Below are positions 59,201 through 64,000 of a stretch of 64,000 nt of DNA, one piece after another. Both the position numbers and the translations under genes were made by a program. This stretch comes from Klebsormidium nitens (taxonomy: Eukaryota; Plantae; Klebsormidiophyceae). The notes beneath the pieces are model-generated. The model worked only from the letters and a program-made list of their open reading frames with translations. It had not been told where the DNA came from and ran no database searches. Where the stretch lies: assembly GCA_000708835.1 (NCBI GenBank), contig DF237003.1:1-64000 (forward strand), given 5' to 3'. The first letter of the stretch is position 1. Each line of letters opens with the position of its first letter.

Positions 59201-62200
59201 GCCGGATCGTCTGTCTCAGACAGCTGGTTCCGAGTGGCTATTGCCGGTGCGGAATTGTCGGGTCACGACCGTCTATCCGGAATTGCGAACCCAAGTTCAA
59301 GTTTTACACAAGCGAGTGTGGATCTGCAAAATCTTTCCTGCGACACACGTTCTCGAGATCCTGGGAAACGAACACTTGCGGCAATTATCTAGGACTCTCG
59401 ACATCAAAGTAAGTGATGGATCGTTTGAGAGGATGCCATTTACACCTGGTCTCGCAGAAGAGCGAATAAAGGAGCCATCAAAATCGATCAGGGCCAAAAG
59501 GTGGCTCTTCTGCTAGACGGCGAAGGAAAGAGAATACGATAGACGTGACCTTGCAAGCGGGTTAGCTAGAATGGTCGGAGGCCTTGTCTTACGTCCGCAC
59601 TGTTCTGCGTGAAGTTAGAGTTCCTGACGTCTATGGCTGTCCCATCAGCGTACAGGGCCCCTCCGCCGGAAGATGCGCTGTTGTTCACAAACTGGCAAGC
59701 TGTGATGGTGGCGTTTCCCTGGTAGTAGATCGCACCTGCACCACCAGACTTACTTTAAGAATGATGAAACCAGGCTTCAGATTATTCTGCGGCTCCGCTT
59801 CTACGTGAGACGCCGTTCGAAGCAATGACAAGGATTACTAGTATGGATCGAAGCCTGTAGCCTTGTTGAACGGTCGAAGAGGAAGAGTCGAAGGGTATCA
59901 TATAGCAACTTGACATCACTCACAACAAAGGACCTTGAGCGTAAATCTGCTGTCTGTTCAGCAGAGAGCTGCAGTAGCCCCGTGCAGTTGGGTGCAAATC
60001 ATGAAAGGCTGGACGCTTTCGGACCCTCTGCCCTTCGTGCTTCTGCGCAGGCAAGCTCGATTTCATTTCCTCCCAGGGATGTGCCCAGACCGTTCTGTCT
60101 TTGAGTACTGCCTTTGAGTACGGTGTGGGCGAGTGCAAAGTGAAGAGAGATGGGCGGAGAGAAGCGCCTCTTCCCGTTTCAGCCAAGAGGCTTTTCCGTG
60201 TCCCTTGGCAACGCCCTCCCGTTTATCTTCCCTGATCAAGCCTCTCCCATCTCCGCAACTGGTGATTGCCCCCTTTCTCCTCACTCTTCGGTCGTGCAAG
60301 CAGTCCTTCCCGGTTTGCTCTACACGTGTTCTCCCGCTCCATCGTTTCAAGATATAATCTCACCTCCGTACGACGCACGGTTGTTGGTGAACAGCACGGT
60401 ATCGGCCACCAAGTATGTAGACGACCGCGCATAGATCGCGCCGCCGTATGTCCCGCTCGAGGTGCTCGATCTGGAGGTCTGCAAAACGAACCATTTCGTA
60501 AGCCGGAAATTGCGGCGCATGGGTGTCTTACATGGACTCTCAATTGTGTGCTGAAGCACCTTCATGGGGACAAGGAGAAAGCTGATGCTAGGGCTTTCTG
60601 GAACCTAGTGAATCACCGTCGGATTCGATCGAGCGGTTCCAAGTTTCGTGAACCGCAGTCGAACAGCCTCCAATCGGACGGTTTGCGCGTTGAAAGGAGC
60701 CCTCACTAATATTGGACGATGTCAATTGTATTTTGACAGCCCCAGCCTTTGCTTCGTTCCAGTACCGACTCTCTTTTCTCCGCTCTTTCATGACACGACA
60801 TCAAGCAGCAAGAAAACGCTTCCCTTTGCAAGGACGATTGCAGGCACCAGGAATTCCAACGCGCAGTTACAAGAAAGCGAAACCCTTTTGATCATGATTT
60901 CTCCTAATCCCTGAGCGCAGCATGACAGCGATCCGCCACATACACGTGCCCTCTAACGAGCGGCCCTGGCAGTGCTACGAGAGATGAATTTGAGCAGTGG
61001 CCAAGGTAAGAAGCTCAGGAATCTAAGCTGAGGAGCGGCTTTCGGCTACAGATCCGACGTGGAGAGTTTCGAAAGCAGGGGCACTCACATCGCCTTTGTC
61101 CAGCCACAGGTTCCGGAAGATGACGTTCCCGGCGTTTGCAGCGACGTCGAAGAGTCGCAGCTGCAAGGAGAGTTATCTTCTACAAAATAGTAACACAATC
61201 GCACCCTGCTTACAGACACGATCTTGTTATGATTTGGTTTCATGAATTTGATTGGCATCTCAGACTTGGGTGCAATGTTTGGAGTTGGAGTCTATGTAGA
61301 GGGCTAGGCATGATCGTCTCTGTAAGCATCAAGTGCTCCCTCACAGCCAAGAGAATGCGGCACATATGTTTGGCTCTGCAGTTGGGATTCGACATCCGTG
61401 TATGCTAAGCAAGAGGCCGGACGAGCATTACATGCATTTCAGAATAGATGAAGAATATAGTCTCAAGAAACAGCCCGAACCCTTGGTTGAAGCCAGACAA
61501 ACAAGCAATGGACAATCTGCCATGTCAGACCGGAGACAAGGAGAATCGGTACCGGACGGAAGATTAAGGCCGGGGCCTGTTGGAACCTCAATAGCGACGT
61601 CACCCCTGTCTGCATTTCTCATTGACGCCGTCCGATTGTCGGCACCACAACATCTGACGGCGTGAACGAAGTTTGAAACCCGATTCTTGGGTTGCTGAGT
61701 CTTGTGCACAGCAGAGGTCCAATAGCAGCTTATTGAGTTCCGACGCTTCAGAACCGGAGGAGTCTACGTTTCGATTGACATAACCCGATTTCCAACTGGC
61801 CCCAGCCTCAGCTTCTTCCTGGTACCGATTCTCCTGATCCCCGCTCTGTCAGCCTGCTGCTCCAGAGCATTGAGCGGTGAGTCGCCAATATAAGGGCACA
61901 GAGGAGGACGATAGCTTACGCTGGTGGTACTCGTGGATGGCGCAGCGTAGATGCGGCAGCCGGGAGAAGGGCATTGCCCAACTAGGGTGATGGACCGCTG
62001 GATCCCAATGGTGGCAGAAAGCGCAATGTCGCTGCAGGGGGGCACCCAAAAAACCTTTTGTTTAGCTAGGAGATTAATACACATGGACAGAGTGAGAGCT
62101 GGAGGTGTGCAACGGGGAGATTTGGGTCAGCTAACTGCGTCAACAGTTTGTTATGAATCTGAAGCGCAGCCATGCAGCTGATCTGTTGGGGGCGTATTAG

Positions 62201-63664
62201 ACAGGACTGTGTAGGCCGATGAAAGGGGACTTGAGATTGCGAAGACTGCATATCTACCACGTCATTGAGACGGGCTCCTCGGTTGAGTACTCAAGAGTAG
62301 AAGGCAGACACGACAAAGTCAAATAGCACGGAATGTCACAAACTTCAGGCCCTGGACATGTAAAACCTTCCCTGTTGCAGCCAACAGCGCTCACTTGCAA
62401 ATGTTGACGATCGCATCCCCCGCCAGGTTGCTAGCGGCGCTTTGCAGCCCCAAAGCGTCCTGCACGCCGACGCACGCCTGCCCCGCAACTGCAAAGGAAT
62501 CCGAAGACTTTGATTTACAGGAGTATAAGGTTTGGCGATCGTTCTCATCCGAACTGCCCGGCCTTGCATCTGGAACCATAAAGTCTTGTTGAATTCTCAA
62601 CTTTCTTGTCCGTTTGCAGTGGCGTGCAAGTATCGTATGAGTAGCACTCCGATGGTGTACAAACCCTTGCTCAAGCAAATGTTGCTTTCTGGGGGCAGAA
62701 TTTTGACCCTCTGCGATGTACGGAAGAGCTCCTCAGAATCTCCTGAGCAGCCACCCCCGAATTGCCCACATTTGTGCGATTGCAGTTTCCCAGCCACCCC
62801 CTGTGAGCCCACATTCGACATTTGATTCTGGTTCCAATTTGCAGGTCTTGGCAATTGAAGATGCTGCAGGCAGATACCAAAACAGCCCATCCCACAGCAA
62901 GCTTGTTCGGTCAAGGTGGTAGTATCTTTAATTGTAAGAGCCCGCTTCTGTCCAACGCTGCTCAATGTGCCGTCCAAGCAACACCGTGAGTGGCACGGGA
63001 ACAAATATTGCGACCTTAGAATGCAAAAGCTGTGGCGAATTTGTGACAATGCTGTTTCAAAGCCTTGCCATTTACAGAAAACAAGAACGTCCCGCTCAAA
63101 AACCTGGCCCGTATACCCACGCACATTCTTCAACAACAATTGCCCAATTGAAAGCATTCTTTGTCCAGATATGCCGTCACCAACTTCTTAGTACCGACAG
63201 ATTACTTTCAACAGGACCAACCCTACCATTGGATAGCCTGTTTCCTTATAATAGCCGTCCAGATTCACAATCTTGGCAGTCGCGAGCTGTAACACACCCC
63301 GAACACCTCCTGTGTCGATGTGCCCCATAATGTGGTAATTTCCAGCCATGTCCGCGCTTGACCAAAACTTCAGGTAAACCCTCAGAGTGGGTGCCCCTCA
63401 CTTCCCAAGCATTGCCAAGCTTCTCGCAATTACAATTCCCTGTGAGAATTGCCTGAAAGCCCCAAGAAACCCTTCCTTGTCACGAGGCTCCACTTTGCGC
63501 CATCGTTAGAAAAGCCCACGAGTCCCTCAATGCTCACAATTTCAAGGGAGAAACCGCGCATTGCCACAATTCTCTGGCTGTGGCTCACCTCCATTCATCC
63601 GGCTAGCGCAGAAGACCACCGTCAGCCAAAAGGCGGCCAATGCCGCTGCCTTTGGGGGCAACAT
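50291..63664 (-). CDS. RLK/Pelle receptor-like Ser/Thr kinase: signal peptide, GGAI/FxxN beta-helix (pectin-lyase-like) repeats, EGF-like module, Pro/Thr stalk, TM, RD kinase; 17 exons, 933 aa
   Basis: Exons 63664-63589, 62488-62395, 62031-61920, 61160-61089, 60478-60364, 59735-59593, 58855-58743, 58009-57937, 57160-56881, 56551-56351, 55788-55420, 54919-54729, 54142-53983, 53175-53021, 52399-52289, 51764-51651, 50713-50291; all GT-AG and phase-consistent; [50 protein letters not shown]. Confidence 0.92.
53824..53885 (-). repeat. Intronic copy of the 3' half plus donor site of the kinase exon 54142-53983
   Basis: Aligns to 53977-54038 with 8 mismatches; GTGAGT donor retained. Confidence 0.9.
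54393..54461 (-). repeat. Intronic copy of the 5' half of the kinase exon 54142-53983
   Basis: Encodes [18 protein letters not shown], identical in amino acids to the exon; acceptor AG replaced by GG. Confidence 0.9.
57152..57430. repeat. About 2.7 tandem copies of a 106-bp unit spanning an RLK splice acceptor
   Basis: GCCG(C/T)TCTCCTGCAAA starts at 57152, 57258 and 57364; shared AGCAGAAAACTTCGCCTCAGCTCTATGGT core. Confidence 0.9.
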
Positions 63665-64000
63665 TGCCTTTTGACGTCCTTGCAGTGAGGTTACTGTTCT
63701 GCCTGATATTCAAATAAAATTACGAGTTGACTGTTCCTCAGCAGCTCAGCTAGCGGAGTTTAGCAGCTACAGGTCGCCATACGGGCTCTTTGTGTGCGTT
63801 CCATGGAGGGGAAGTGAGCTCTCTGCTTCCCCAAAAGCTTTCACAAAATTTCAGCTTTGTAGTCTTAGAGTCGCAGCTGCAGGAAAGAATGACATTGAAA
63901 GAAGCTAGGTACAGCTCAGCAATCAGTATAGAGCTCTGCATTGTCTGCACACTAACTGCACAGCTTCCTGAGCAGCCGCGTCACGGGCCACGGCTTCAAT

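Noticed and set aside
62597-63157. 186-aa minus-strand ORF as the RLK N-terminus
   Set aside because: A signal-peptide exon at 63664-63589 splices in phase to 62488, which places this ORF in intron 1

Overview
Intron-rich eukaryotic genomic DNA, most likely a streptophyte green alga (Klebsormidium-like; inferred from plant-type PIN4, GT90, class III chitinase and RLK/Pelle genes plus the intron style). 1-6651 is the 3' part of a decayed Ty3/Gypsy LTR retrotransposon. Its Pol polyprotein carries a DNMT3-like cytosine-5 DNA methyltransferase between protease and RT, and a PHD finger at the integrase C-terminus, i.e. an epigenetic writer and a reader in one mobile element. Host genes rebuilt by hand with frame-consistent splice sites: parvulin PIN4 (-), a GT90/CAP10 glycosyltransferase (+), a two-RRM protein with duplicated alternative last exons (+), a hydrophilic protein with a dehydrin K-segment-like motif (+), an LRR-TM receptor with a non-kinase cytoplasmic domain (-), a GH18 chitinase with two defensin-like Cys repeats (+), a secreted Cys-rich protein with an RRKLL-preceded phospholipase A2-like domain (-), and a 17-exon receptor kinase with a GGAI beta-helix plus EGF ectodomain (-) whose introns hold synonymously diverged exon 'echoes'. 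Also present: a TTAA-flanked MITE-like element, DIRS-like and LINE remnants, and a shattered Sel1-repeat pseudogene. No rRNA, tRNA or CRISPR array could be supported. All calls come from reading the sequence; no searches were run.
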